Of a stretch of 36,519 nt of DNA, positions 10,845-21,805 are shown one piece after another (the first letter of the stretch is position 1; the number at the start of each line of letters is the position of its first letter). The DNA lies in the NCBI RefSeq assembly GCF_001194135.2, contig NC_068986.1, positions 1,297,702 to 1,334,220 on the forward strand. Reading direction: 5' to 3'. This DNA comes from Octopus bimaculoides (Eukaryota). The notes beneath the pieces were generated by a model. That model was given only the letters and a program-made list of their open reading frames with translations, was not told where the DNA came from and did not search any database. The translations under genes were made by a program, and so were the position numbers.

Positions 10845-12865
10845 ATGCTTAGAAAGAAGCCACCGAGTGAAGCTGATAGCAGGAATGCGAAAAGGAACCT
10901 GAAAGGGATTACACTTGATATTGAAAACTGATGTTCTACAATGGTTGATACATGAGAAAAACAAAATCAACCATGTTGTCAAAACATTGAAACTTCAACA
11001 TGTACAGTGGGAGCAATAGACAGAAAATTATGCCGAGTGTTCAAGAAGCTACTCAGTTAACTGCTTGGATCTCAGATACGAATTTATGCTTAAATTGGAA
11101 CAGCTCTTGTGTATATGAATCTTGGATCAGAATTGGTATAATGTGCTGATAAGCAGCATGGTAATTAAAAAATAAACCAAAAGTCTCTTGGAGGATTTGA
11201 AGAAAAAAGGTGAAATTTCTTATTGAAAAACCTTTTTTTGGCTAATAAAAGTTGGTCTTAAAAGTTTAAGAAGTGCTTGAATTAGCATTACATATAAATG
11301 ACTAATGAAGCTGCTTCTACTGATACAGAAATAACTACTAATTATTCTGAGTGAGTAAAGAAAACAATTATGAATGGATTAGCACACCAGAGCGAGTATA
11401 CAACGTTGATAAAACTGCTCTTTTCTGGACATGCATGCCTGCCAGAACTTTTAATTTTGAGAAGAAAAATCAACACTAGATCTAAAAGTTTGAAAAAAAT
11501 CATCTGCTATATCAAGCAGGTGGAAATGCTCTTGTGGATATTAAATTAAAGCCCCTGTTTATGTATCACTCTAAAGATCCAAGGGCTTTCAAGTACTATG
11601 CTAAGTTTAATCTCCTTTTAATTTAGTATTCAGATAAGAAATCATGGATGACTAATAGACTCTCCAAAAATTGTCCTCTTGTAGAAAGGTACAGTACCAA
11701 ACATAATATTTCCAACACAGTATTACTCCCTTATGCAATGCATCAAGTCACCTATTGAACTTATGTGAGTTTTCTGATAATGTGGAGGTAGAATATATCT
11801 TCAAGAATACATCTTTCTCTAGTCAATGGATCAAGGTTTGATAGCTAACTTCAAGGCATATTTGAGAAGGATTTTCAAACAACTTACGAAGGCAAGTGAC
11901 AGGGAAGATATGCCTACATTTAGAGACTTTTGAAAGAAGTTAAATGTAATGGATACTGCGGATACATAGCTGAGTCATGGGATAATGTGGAATAAAACCC
12001 TTGACATTGAATGGTGCTTGGATAAATATATGGCCGGACTGTATCTGTGACTTTACAAGTTTTCCACCAGCAGAAAGTCTACATCATATTTGGAAAGATA
12101 TTGCAACACTTACAAATGATGTAGGATTTGAAGAAGTCATAAGGGACAATGTGTTGAGTTGCTTGTGTTCCATAGAGAAGGCTTATCTATCAAGGAACTT
12201 ATTCTGTTAGAAAAAGAGCAAACTGAAAATAAAAATGAGAATACAGAATCTCCCTTTACTCCTCTTAAATTGACTGCAAAGAATATTGCTAGTGGGTTGG
12301 CACTTATAGGGGAAGGTCTGCAAGTTTTGCTGATAATGACCTTAATGTGAACATAACATAAACATTAGAGGAGGAGTTTACAATGAGTTGAGTTCCTAAA
12401 CTGAGTTGTATGATGTGCCATAAACATTGATCAACTATGGAAAGCTTCTTCACCAAAATGAACTCCAATATAAAAGATAATGCTTCTCATCCTCCTAACA
12501 ACTCTCATTTCACATTTCACACAATAATCAACATCTTTTGTGTTAAGAACTTTCCCTATTATGATATTGGTATTTATTCCCTAATGTTTATTTTTCTTTA
12601 AATGTTTTTATGTATACATGTATACATAATGTAAGGTATATATATATTTATTAATTATTTTCATGCATGAAAGTTGTTGTATTGCTTCTATTTTTATTTT
12701 TTTTGCTGTTGTTTTCCAAAAAAAAAAAAAGCAGAAAAAAGCCGATTGGAACACATCTCACTTGGTGACATGAAAATCAATAGGAAAATCAGTGTCATGT
12801 TACAAGATTTCATTTCATGTTATGGCAAGATTTTCATGAATGCATTACTCTCATGAGAGGGATTC

Positions 12866-12866
<1 letters not shown>
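10845..12866 (+). mobile_element. Decayed Tigger/pogo (Tc1-mariner superfamily) transposon
   Basis: Frameshifted motifs: KRNLKGITLDI (HTH); VYNVDKTALFWTCMPART; GGNALVDIKLKPLFMYHSKDPRAFKYYAK..KSWMT; MDQGLIANFKAYLRR; LNGAWINIWPDCICDFTSF; VGFEEV. These match TIGD/Tigger1-like DDE transposases. A Tigger-like subterminal sequence lies at ~12740-12866. Confidence 0.88.
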
Positions 12867-12901
<35 letters not shown>

Positions 12902-13260
12902 NNNNNNNNNNNNNNNNNNNNNNNNNNNNNNNNNNNNNNNNNNNNNNNNNNNNNNNNNNNNNNNNNNNNNNNNNNNNNNNNNNNNNNNNNNNNNNNNNNN
13001 TAAAAGATAATGCTTCTCATCCTCCTAACAACTCTCATTTCACATTTCACACAATAATCAACATCTTTTGTGTTAAGAACTTTCCCTATTATGATATTGG
13101 TATTTATTCCCTAATGTTTATTTTTCTTTAAATGTTTTTATGTATACATGTATACATAATGTAAGGTATATATATATTTATTAATTATTTTCATGCATGA
13201 AAGTTGTTGTATTGCTTCTATTTTTATTTTTTTTGCTGTTGTTTTCCAAAAAAAAAAAAA
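12471..13260 (+). repeat. 260-bp direct duplication (12471-12730 and 13001-13260) on either side of a 99-N gap
   Basis: The two copies appear identical by eye, from taaaagataatgcttctc to gttttccaaaaaaaaaaaaa. Confidence 0.95.
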
Positions 13261-13308
13261 AGAAAATTATGTTCTTCCAAAATTTTATAAATTATCATAT
13301 CAACAATA

Positions 13309-13523
13309 TGAAGGGGTGCTGAAAAGTTCCTGGCTTTAGCTAAAATAGAATACAGGAGGATTAGTTGATTATGATTTTATTCAACATATTCCCCTCTCAG
13401 ATTCACACACTTATTGCAGCAATCCTTCAGTTTTTCTAAACCTTATAAAAACTCAGAAGGTTGGGCCTTCAACCAGGTCTTTCACAATACTCTTAAAGGT
13501 AGGAACTTTTCAGCACCTCCTCA
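13309..13523. mobile_element. Mariner-type MITE (215 bp) with TIRs and TA target duplication
   Basis: Left ta|TGAAGGGGTGCTGAAAAGTTCCT; right AGGAACTTTTCAGCACCTCCTCA|ta; 23-bp inverted repeat with 2 mismatches. Confidence 0.9.
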
Positions 13524-13544
13524 TATATATATATATATCATTAT

Positions 13545-13730
13545 CATCAACCTCATCATCATCATCATCATTTAACATCTGTTGTCCATGCTGGTATGGG
13601 TTGGACAGTTTGACCAGAGCTGCACCAGATTCCAGTCTGATTTGGCATGGTTTCTATGGCTGGATTCCTTTCCTAATGCCAACCAATTTACAGAGTGTGC
13701 TGGGTGCTTTTACGTGACACGATACTGGCA
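13545..13730 (-). mobile_element. RTE-tail-type repeat, (ATC)n tail on + strand
   Basis: Reverse-complement similarity to 10504-10673 (ccatgctggtatgggttgga...ctggattcctttcctaatgccaacca). Confidence 0.8.
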
Positions 13731-13887
13731 CTTTTATTTGGTACCATACAGGTGGCATTTATGTAGAACGACACAGCTACTTATACATGGTGCTGAATGG
13801 GTGTTTTTATGTGGTGCAGCACAGGTACTTTTACATGGCACAACACAGATGCTTTTATATGGCACTGCCATGTTATATATATATATA

Positions 13888-14176
13888 GGCGTAGGAGTGG
13901 CTGTGTGGTAAGTAGCTTGCTTACCAACCACATGGTCCCGGGTTCAGTCCCACTGCGTGGCATCTTGGGCAAGTGTCTTCTACTATAGCCTCGGGCCGAC
14001 CAAAGCCTTGTGAGTGGATTTGGTAGATGGAAACTGAAAGAAGCCCGTCGTATATATGTATATATATATATGTATGTATGTATGTGTTTCTGTGTCTGTG
14101 TTTGTCCCCCCAACATCGCTTGACAACCGATGCTGGTGTGTTTATGTCCCCGTAACTTAGCGGTTCGGCAAAAGAG
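13888..14176 (+). mobile_element. tRNA-derived SINE family 1 (octopus OR/OK-like), young copy running into a gap
   Basis: ggcgtaggagtggctgtgtggtaag (A-box-like), ggttcagtccc (B-box-like), cttgggcaagtgtcttc, gccttgtgagtggatttggtagatggaaactgaaagaagcccgtcg, internal (TA)/(TG) tract. Multiple copies in the window. The family name is from memory. Confidence 0.85.
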
Positions 14177-14976
14177 NNNNNNNNNNNNNNNNNNNNNNNN
14201 NNNNNNNNNNNNNNNNNNNNNNNNNNNNNNNNNNNNNNNNNNNNNNNNNNNNNNNNNNNNNNNNNNNNNNNNNNNNNNNNNNNNNNNNNNNNNNNNNNNN
14301 NNNNNNNNNNNNNNNNNNNNNNNNNNNNNNNNNNNNNNNNNNNNNNNNNNNNNNNNNNNNNNNNNNNNNNNNNNNNNNNNNNNNNNNNNNNNNNNNNNNN
14401 NNNNNNNNNNNNNNNNNNNNNNNNNNNNNNNNNNNNNNNNNNNNNNNNNNNNNNNNNNNNNNNNNNNNNNNNNNNNNNNNNNNNNNNNNNNNNNNNNNNN
14501 NNNNNNNNNNNNNNNNNNNNNNNNNNNNNNNNNNNNNNNNNNNNNNNNNNNNNNNNNNNNNNNNNNNNNNNNNNNNNNNNNNNNNNNNNNNNNNNNNNNN
14601 NNNNNNNNNNNNNNNNNNNNNNNNNNNNNNNNNNNNNNNNNNNNNNNNNNNNNNNNNNNNNNNNNNNNNNNNNNNNNNNNNNNNNNNNNNNNNNNNNNNN
14701 NNNNNNNNNNNNNNNNNNNNNNNNNNNNNNNNNNNNNNNNNNNNNNNNNNNNNNNNNNNNNNNNNNNNNNNNNNNNNNNNNNNNNNNNNNNNNNNNNNNN
14801 NNNNNNNNNNNNNNNNNNNNNNNNNNNNNNNNNNNNNNNNNNNNNNNNNNNNNNNNNNNNNNNNNNNNNNNNNNNNNNNNNNNNNNNNNNNNNNNNNNNN
14901 NNNNNNNNNNNNNNNNNNNNNNNNNNNNNNNNNNNNNNNNNNNNNNNNNNNNNNNNNNNNNNNNNNNNNNNNNNNN

Positions 14977-15310
14977 GTTTGCCAAGGGTAGTTATCCCTC
15001 TCACCAACATCTGCAGCACGAACGGATCCGGATTTCAGGGTTATTTCCCTTCGTCGGCGTCCGATAGCCGCTGACCCTGGTGAGAGAGACAAAAACCTGG
15101 CAATCTTATATCTTCTTTTCAAGTGAAATTCTTCACTGATATCGAAAAGGTGAAAACAAGCAATGTTAATTCTCTAAATGAAGTATTAACAGTAACTGCA
15201 CGATAAAGTGTAGTATATTGCCACTTAAGTGTGGCTGACCCATAGGGGTGGATGTTACTGTTGCTTTTAGCCCCAGGAGGACATCTCCTCCAGCTGGCTT
15301 ATCGACACAC
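14977..15310. repeat. Young ~345-nt CpG-rich repeat unit, copy 1 (A'-X'-B' on +, i.e. B-X-A on -)
   Basis: 15158-15310 is the reverse complement of 29021-29173 (1 mismatch in 153 nt by eye). 14977-15050 is the reverse complement of 28937-29009 with several mismatches. Confidence 0.95.
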
Positions 15311-15366
15311 ATATAGATTCATAAAGCTTACACACACATACACACACATACATGCTCACACATAAG

Positions 15367-15525
15367 TGCAGACATGGCTGTGCGGTAAAAAGTTTGCTTC
15401 CCAACTACATGGTTCTGGGTTCAGTCCCACTATGTGGCACTTGGGCATGTGTCTTCTACTATAGCTTCAGGCTGACCAAAGCCTTGTGAGTAGATTTGAT
15501 AGACAGAAACTAAAAAGAGGTCTGT

Positions 15526-15560
<35 letters not shown>

Positions 15561-15706
15561 CTATGTTTGTCCCCCATCACCACTTGACAACCAGTGTTGG
15601 TGTGTTTACATCTTTGTAACTTAGTGGTTCAGCCAAAGACCAATAGAATAAGTACCAGGCTTTAAAAAAATTAAGTACTGGGATTGATTTATTTGATTAA
15701 AGATTC
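15367..15706 (+). mobile_element. SINE family 1, older near full-length copy
   Basis: Colinear with 13888-14176, plus a 3' part gaccaatagaataagtaccaggc...gtactggg. Confidence 0.85.
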
Positions 15707-16589
15707 TTCAAGGTCTTGAAATTTTACTGGTGTTTTGATATATGCAATATAGAATGTTTAATGTAATGTAAAAAAAAATGGTTTAATATACATATATATC
15801 GTACAAAAATATTTTCTTTTATTTAAACAGTTTTAATATTTTCTTAACTGCATATTGCATAAGTTTAAAAGAATTTCTTTTTAAACTAAAAAAATTGCTA
15901 GATCCTGAGTATTTGATGTTTAGAAAATAAAATCAAAAAATTGCTCTTAAAAGAAATGCACAATGGAAAAAAGCTAGAGAAGTTTTAAACATTCACACTT
16001 AATAAATACTTTGTTCTCCTGCAACAACACAGCTATGATGTTTCACCTTATACACTGAATAGTAAAACTGAGTATAAACTTATTTAAGTGCAATGTCATT
16101 ATGAAAATCAAATTGATTTTCTTCAAAAACAAAAAAAGAACAAAAAGCATGATTGTGTGATTTCTGCTATACGGTACTAAGCAACAGGAACACTTTTACA
16201 GATTACAAACTTGTAAAGTTTAAAGCTCACTTCTGAACTTGCTTTTTGTTTTATTTAAGATTTGGTGATTTTTTTAATGCATGTTTAATACAGCAATTAT
16301 AATAAATCTGGCTAAACTCCTTTTCTTCACTAAAACGTTGGCATAATGTATGAGATATATTTTTCTGGAATTTTATCACCCATTTTTAGTGGTGCACATT
16401 AGAGACATGTGCCTTTGTATATGAAGAAATTGGGTCATGATTACAAGTACTAAACAGATGAAAACATTCTCTGTTTTGATGTACAAGCAAGTTTGATAAC
16501 AGTTGAATTTAGTATAATAAATGATAAAATTTCTGATTTCAACTTTAATGTTGTAGACTAAATATTTTTCTATTATTTGAAACTATGAA

Positions 16590-17520
16590 TTCAAATCTTT
16601 TGAACAGCCTGTTCTTACTCTAGCTGCTACACTATCAGAGTATCCTCTTCCATTGTTAATTAGGTCATCTAGGTTACAGAAACAATCTATTACATGTAGA
16701 GATCCTCCTGGTCTATATTCTACATTCATTGCATTTTTAGTATTTATTGCTCTTGCACATTTGCCTCATTACAAAGTTTGCATTGAATTCACCTAATGGA
16801 ACTTCTACCCACTCTTCAGATATTGAACAAGTCCCATTTGCCTGATAAAAGAACAGAGTGCTGTCTATATTCCTCCGTACACTTTAGTCTGTACCAAGTT
16901 AACTTTGAGATCATTTAATTCCAGGTTTTGCTTTCAAACCTGAAATTTCTTCTCTTATCCTTCCACAGATTCAGTTATAAGAATATGGTTAATGGCAAAT
17001 CAGCGCTCCAACAGACATCCAGTTTCAAACACTTCTGTTAACGTCCTGGTGAACTATGATAAATGGGTGACTGAGAGGTGAGCTTAGATGGATCCCTACC
17101 TCTACACTAAACACCTTGCTGCATTCATTGCTGATTCACACCTTACTAACAGTAACCTTACTAACGGTACCTCTGCTGCCGAGCTTCTTCAGCAACTACC
17201 ATATCAGAGAATTGGGAGTCCTTTCGAAAGCTTTCTCAGACAAACAAACGCTTGGAACAGTGACATACTTTTAGTTAAGTACTTTTTTTGCTGATGTCTC
17301 ACAAGAAAGATAGCATCAACAGTACTTCTTCCTGGCAAAGTACTGAAATGCATCTCATCTAGGTTAACTCTCTTCCTAATCAGTTGAGCTACAAATCTTT
17401 GTGTAAATTTAATGACCTGGTCCAGCAAATTGCAACCTCTGTGATTCACTCTCTCTAAGGCATTTCCCTTACTTTTGTAACAGTTGATGTTGATACTACT
17501 TTGCTCGTCATTGGATATGA
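16590..17520 (-). mobile_element. Decayed RTE LINE RT fragment
   Basis: CYKSKGNALERVNHRGCNLLDQVIKFTQRFVAQLIRKRVNLDEMHFSTLPGRSTVDAIFLVRHQQKKY..AFVCLRK (cf. GRSTTDAIF..AFVDLEKAFD), then FSVEVGIH..PFIIV, LKVNLVQTKV, GKWDLF and DCFCNLDDLINNG. Confidence 0.85.
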
Positions 17521-17545
17521 CAACTTCCTGTATAACCTGATTGAC

Positions 17546-17584
<39 letters not shown>

Positions 17585-17689
17585 ATGCATGCATATGTGT
17601 GTGTGCATCTTCTCTAATTATTTCTAAAATAGATACACATATGTCTTCAGTTTTATACCTAGCTGGAGCCAATTAGACTCAGAAAGTTT

Positions 17690-18204
17690 GTGCTGACTTT
17701 TCCAATGGCACGCAGGTGTCAATGAATAGTTGAATGACCAAATCCAAGCTTCTCCGCATGTTCCTCAACAGTTATGGTGGGATTTTGTTCTGCCAGGGTT
17801 TGCAGGACATCCTCATCAAGCTCTACAGATCTCCCAGAATGAAGCTCATCTTCGAGGCTGTTGCCTCCAGCTCAGAATTTCTGGAACCACCATTGACACT
17901 GGTCTACGCTTATTATCCAATCCCCCTATACTGCATTAATATTCCTCGCGCTTTCTGTTGCGTCGTTGCTGTTATTGAACTCATAAAGCAAAATATGCCA
18001 AATATGCTTCTTTGTCATTTCTGTTATAGCTTTGAAAAAATAACTGTTAAAACCGAACTGCACTCCTCAGATCTTCCACTCAGAATAAGGACAAGGTAAA
18101 ATTACTCCCTGCTTTTATAGCAAGTTGATGCAGGTAGTTTATCACATACCCCTCCGACTTTTAGTTCTTGCAATTGTAAAAAGCCACATTATTTATGGGA
18201 TGAC

Positions 18205-18208
<4 letters not shown>
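17690..18208 (-). mobile_element. Mariner transposon 5' half: TIR plus N-terminal HTH of the transposase, with stops, truncated
   Basis: TIR ta|TTGGGTCATCCCATAAATAATGTGG ending at 18208. ATG at 18018: MTKKHIWHILLYEFNNSNDATESARNINAV*GD..CQWWFQKF*AGGNSLEDELHSGRSVELDEDVLQTLAEQNPTITVEEHAEKLGFGHSTIH*HLRAIGKVS. Confidence 0.92.
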
Positions 18209-18250
<42 letters not shown>

Positions 18251-19774
18251 TGCATACGTGCATGCATGCATACACACATACACATACATACATACATACA
18301 AAATTCTTTTGGTGAATAGATGCACATACTTCGGTGTGTTCATTGATAGCTGAATCAACACACCAACTCAATCACATGTTTATGGACACCAGGAAGTCTC
18401 TTGACTCAAAAAGTCGCTTTGTTGATGACTGTCTTGAATTCTCTAAAGAAGAACTTACACAAAACTCATAGAAAAATCATACACACAAGTATATATACAT
18501 ATATGTGTGTTACTTTCTGTTCATTTACAAACTTAAGAATAAATCTAAATTACAAATTACAACAGTGATCTCTGATTAACTCTCTTTTTAGTCATCTGGT
18601 GTTTAGTGTTGTAACAACTAAGCTCTAGTGACAATCAAGAAGTTGTTAATCCTTTAAATATCTTTAAGGAGCAACAGGTATTCATGTAACTCGGAGAGCT
18701 AAAGAAAACTTACTTTATCAGGATAATAAAAATGAAGTGGTTGCCTCTGGCCATTTATTCATTCACAAAGAAAATATGTTATGTCAAAGAATAGGAAAAA
18801 CGTTTTTAAAAGGGGATTTTCTTTATTTAATAATATTCCATCTGGAGCAGGCTATTTTGGGGGGTGTTTTTAATATGAATTAAATCTGTATCGTACATTT
18901 TATTTCGTTCCCCCTGTTCTTGATTAGTCATAACTTCTTTGTCAAGATATTACAGTTATTTAGAATGACATGTCAAAATTTACTTTTTAATGCAATTACA
19001 ATGGCCTCTTGTTTATTTGAAAGGAAGTAATTATTTATCATGGTAGTAGATTTGTTAATGATGCTTGTATTCATAAAGTAGGTTTTTTATGATAACTTTG
19101 TGCAAAATCTATTTGAAATTTCAATTTGAAATGCATTAACTTCACATGTTTGACAGCAATAAGAAAAATATTTCTAACAGTACAAATAAACAGTTCTTGA
19201 TCAAATATTAACTGGAAGGAGCTGTGACTCTGATAATTAAGAATGCAGACTGTTGACGCAGATAAAATAGATTAATACCCTCTTTAGATTGTACTCTTAA
19301 CAGACACCTGCTCCTTCACTCGCTTTTATGTCTGCTGGTAAAACATTGGCTATCTTCATTTTGCAGTTAAGTGTGTATTCAATTATAAAATAATTCAAAT
19401 TATTATCATCAGCCTCATTGTTGTTTAAATTTCATCTTAGTATGAGTTTTGAGTAAGCCTGTTTTTTGGGTTTTTTTTATGTAATGTATTCTGACAAGTT
19501 GTGATTCTTTATTCTTTCATCTTTAAGGTTCAATCAAATGCCATTTGATTGATTCACTTCTTTCCATGTCTTTTTAAGTCTTCTGAAGTAACATTCAACC
19601 CTAAACGTCAGTAATTACAAATAATAAGAATGTATTCAAAATTTACTTGAATATGTATCTCCAAATACCATGATGTTTTCCAGAATAACATTCTTTTTTG
19701 TAGTTTTGAATTTCAAAAGCCTACACATCTTTATAGCTTTTAGTTTAATATTTCCTGTTTTTAAGGCAGCTAGC

Positions 19775-19955
19775 TGTCAGAATTGTTAGCATGCCAGGTG
19801 GCATTCTATTCATCTTCATGTTCTGGGTTTGAATTCTACCAAGGCCCCCTTTGCCTTTTATCCTTTGGGGGTTGATAAAATAAGTACCAGTGGAGTACAG
19901 GGTAATTGACTCACTGCTCCCCCAAAATTGCTGATGTTATACCAAAATTTGAAAT
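19775..19955 (+). mobile_element. SINE family 2, decayed
   Basis: gttctgggtttgaattc...ctttgccttttatcctttgggggttgataaaataagtaccag, similar to 32203-32437. Confidence 0.75.
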
Positions 19956-19984
19956 CGATATTTACTGTATTTGATGGTATAAAA

Positions 19985-20230
19985 CAGGGATCACCAAACT
20001 ATGACCTGTCACCACTCTGTACCTTTTGTGTAAGTACCTGCATTTACCTCTGGTAAGTACCTGCATTTGCCATCAGTGTTTGGAATAACTTATGTCTGTA
20101 AGCAAACCTTTCCAAAAATGAAGTATGTGAAGTCAGCACATTGAATGAAGTTGACTGATGAATATTTGAAAGCAATTCTCTTGGCTGGATGCAGCAATTT
20201 CAAAGCAAATATATAGTCAAAGGTGTTCTG
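19985..20230 (+). mobile_element. Internally deleted hAT (Charlie/SPIN-like) element: 5' TIR plus transposase C-terminus
   Basis: Starts cagggatcaccaaactatgacctg (cf. CAGGGGTGGCCAAACTACGGCCC). Then VFGITYVCKQTFPKMKYVKSAH*MKLTDEYLKAILLAGCSNFKANI, matching the hAT dimerisation-domain motif FGSTY.CEQ.FS.MK..KS..R..LTD. Confidence 0.8.
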
Positions 20231-20242
20231 ATCCATGACTAT

Positions 20243-20340
20243 CTTTTTTACTCTTTTATTTGTTTCAGTTATTTGACTGTGGGGATGTAAACACATCAGC
20301 ATCGGTTGTCAAGCGATGGTGGGGGACAGGGACAGACACA

Positions 20341-20401
<61 letters not shown>

Positions 20402-20422
20402 GATGGGCTTCTNNNNNNNNNN

Positions 20423-20458
<36 letters not shown>

Positions 20459-20562
20459 GATGGGCTTCTTTCAGTTTCCGTCTACCGAATCCACTCACAA
20501 GGCTTTGCTTGGCCCGAGGCTATAGTAGACTACACCTGCCCGAGGTGCCATGCAGTGGGAAC
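20243..20562 (-). mobile_element. SINE family 1, minus strand, split by a 10-N gap
   Basis: Reverse complement of the 13888-type sequence (gggcttctttcagtttccgtctacc...gaaccatgtggttggt). Confidence 0.88.
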
Positions 20563-20805
20563 CCAGAACCATGTGGTTGGTAATGCATTCTTTTATTTTT
20601 CTGCTTTTTCCTTTATCCTCAAGCAAAGCTTATTACTGTCTTACTTCAGTTTGCCTACTCGAAAATAACTTCCTATTACTTCCCCACCCCTATATACATA
20701 CAGACAGACAGATAGGCAGACTGACAGACATGCATACACATACACACATGCAAGTGCATGCACGCACACAAACACACACACACATACACACATATAAAAG
20801 ACATA

Positions 20806-20954
20806 TGCATGGCTGTGTGGTTAAGAAGTTCACTTCCCAACCACATAGTTTTGGGTTCAGTCCCACAGCACACCACTTTGAGCTAGTGTTTTCTACTATA
20901 GCCCCAAGCTGACCAAAGTTTTCTGAGTGAATTTGGTAAGCAGAAATTAAAAGA

Positions 20955-20957
<3 letters not shown>
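20806..20957 (+). mobile_element. SINE family 1, 5' half
   Basis: atggctgtgtggttaagaag...gggttcagtcccac...ctactatagcc...ctgagtgaatttggt. Confidence 0.8.
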
Positions 20958-21006
<49 letters not shown>

Positions 21007-21164
21007 GTGCATGCAGATAGTTCTAGATGATTTTTTCCTCAATTTCAAAACATGTCTAATATCTAAAATTGCAGACCCATTCTGTCTGTAGTAGCTTAAA
21101 AATAATTTCTTAAGAAAATATTCAAAATTAATTTCCCCTTATTTTGGAACATTCTCAGCAAATA

Positions 21165-21280
21165 TTAACATTTCTCCTTTAAATCGTTGCACTTTAACTT
21201 GATAGCTGTTAGCAGTCTCCTTTCTCTCGTCCATGCACTCTGTCCCTCATCTTTTAGATATATTATGCTGTATCGTTTAC
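21165..21280 (-). CDS. Possible terminal coding exon; could instead be DNA-transposon subterminal sequence
   Basis: Acceptor tttcctgttattcag, then (G)KRYSIIYLKDEGQSAWTRERRLLTAIKLKCNDLKEKC*. No family recognised. Confidence 0.15.
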
Positions 21281-21443
21281 CTGAATAACAGGAAACTAAT
21301 CATCTCAAGTCAGGTATTTCAAGGGTTTCTATCTGCTTTACAACAAATTTACAATGTTTTAATGTAAATCTAATGGAATCTTAAGAATACATAATAAATC
21401 CATTATGAAACCATGAAGACCTACATTGTGTGTTTGTGTGCGA

Positions 21444-21509
<66 letters not shown>

Positions 21510-21577
21510 NNNNNNNNNNNNNNNNNNNNNNNNNNNNNNNNNNNNNNNNNNNNNNNNNNNNNNNNNNNNNNNNNNNN

Positions 21578-21641
<64 letters not shown>

Positions 21642-21760
21642 TTGTGTGTGTGTGTACATATATATAGGTATATGTGTGTGTGTACATTTGTTTGTATGGT
21701 TTGGTTTCATAGTGTATATTTAACTATTCATAGGATTACATATTACATTTACAACAAAAT

Positions 21761-21805
<45 letters not shown>

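Noticed and set aside
13888-13960. tRNA gene (also 32203-32290)
   Set aside because: Only A/B-box-like motifs without a cloverleaf, continuing into SINE bodies.
14977-15310. Canonical hammerhead, twister or pistol ribozyme in the 345-nt unit
   Set aside because: No CUGANGA+GAAA core on either strand (closest: CUGAUAU, GUGAAGA), and no twister or pistol consensus recognised by eye.
20393-20472. Tandem duplication catatgatgggcttct inside a SINE
   Set aside because: It flanks a 10-N gap within a (CA)n tract, so it is an assembly overlap artefact.
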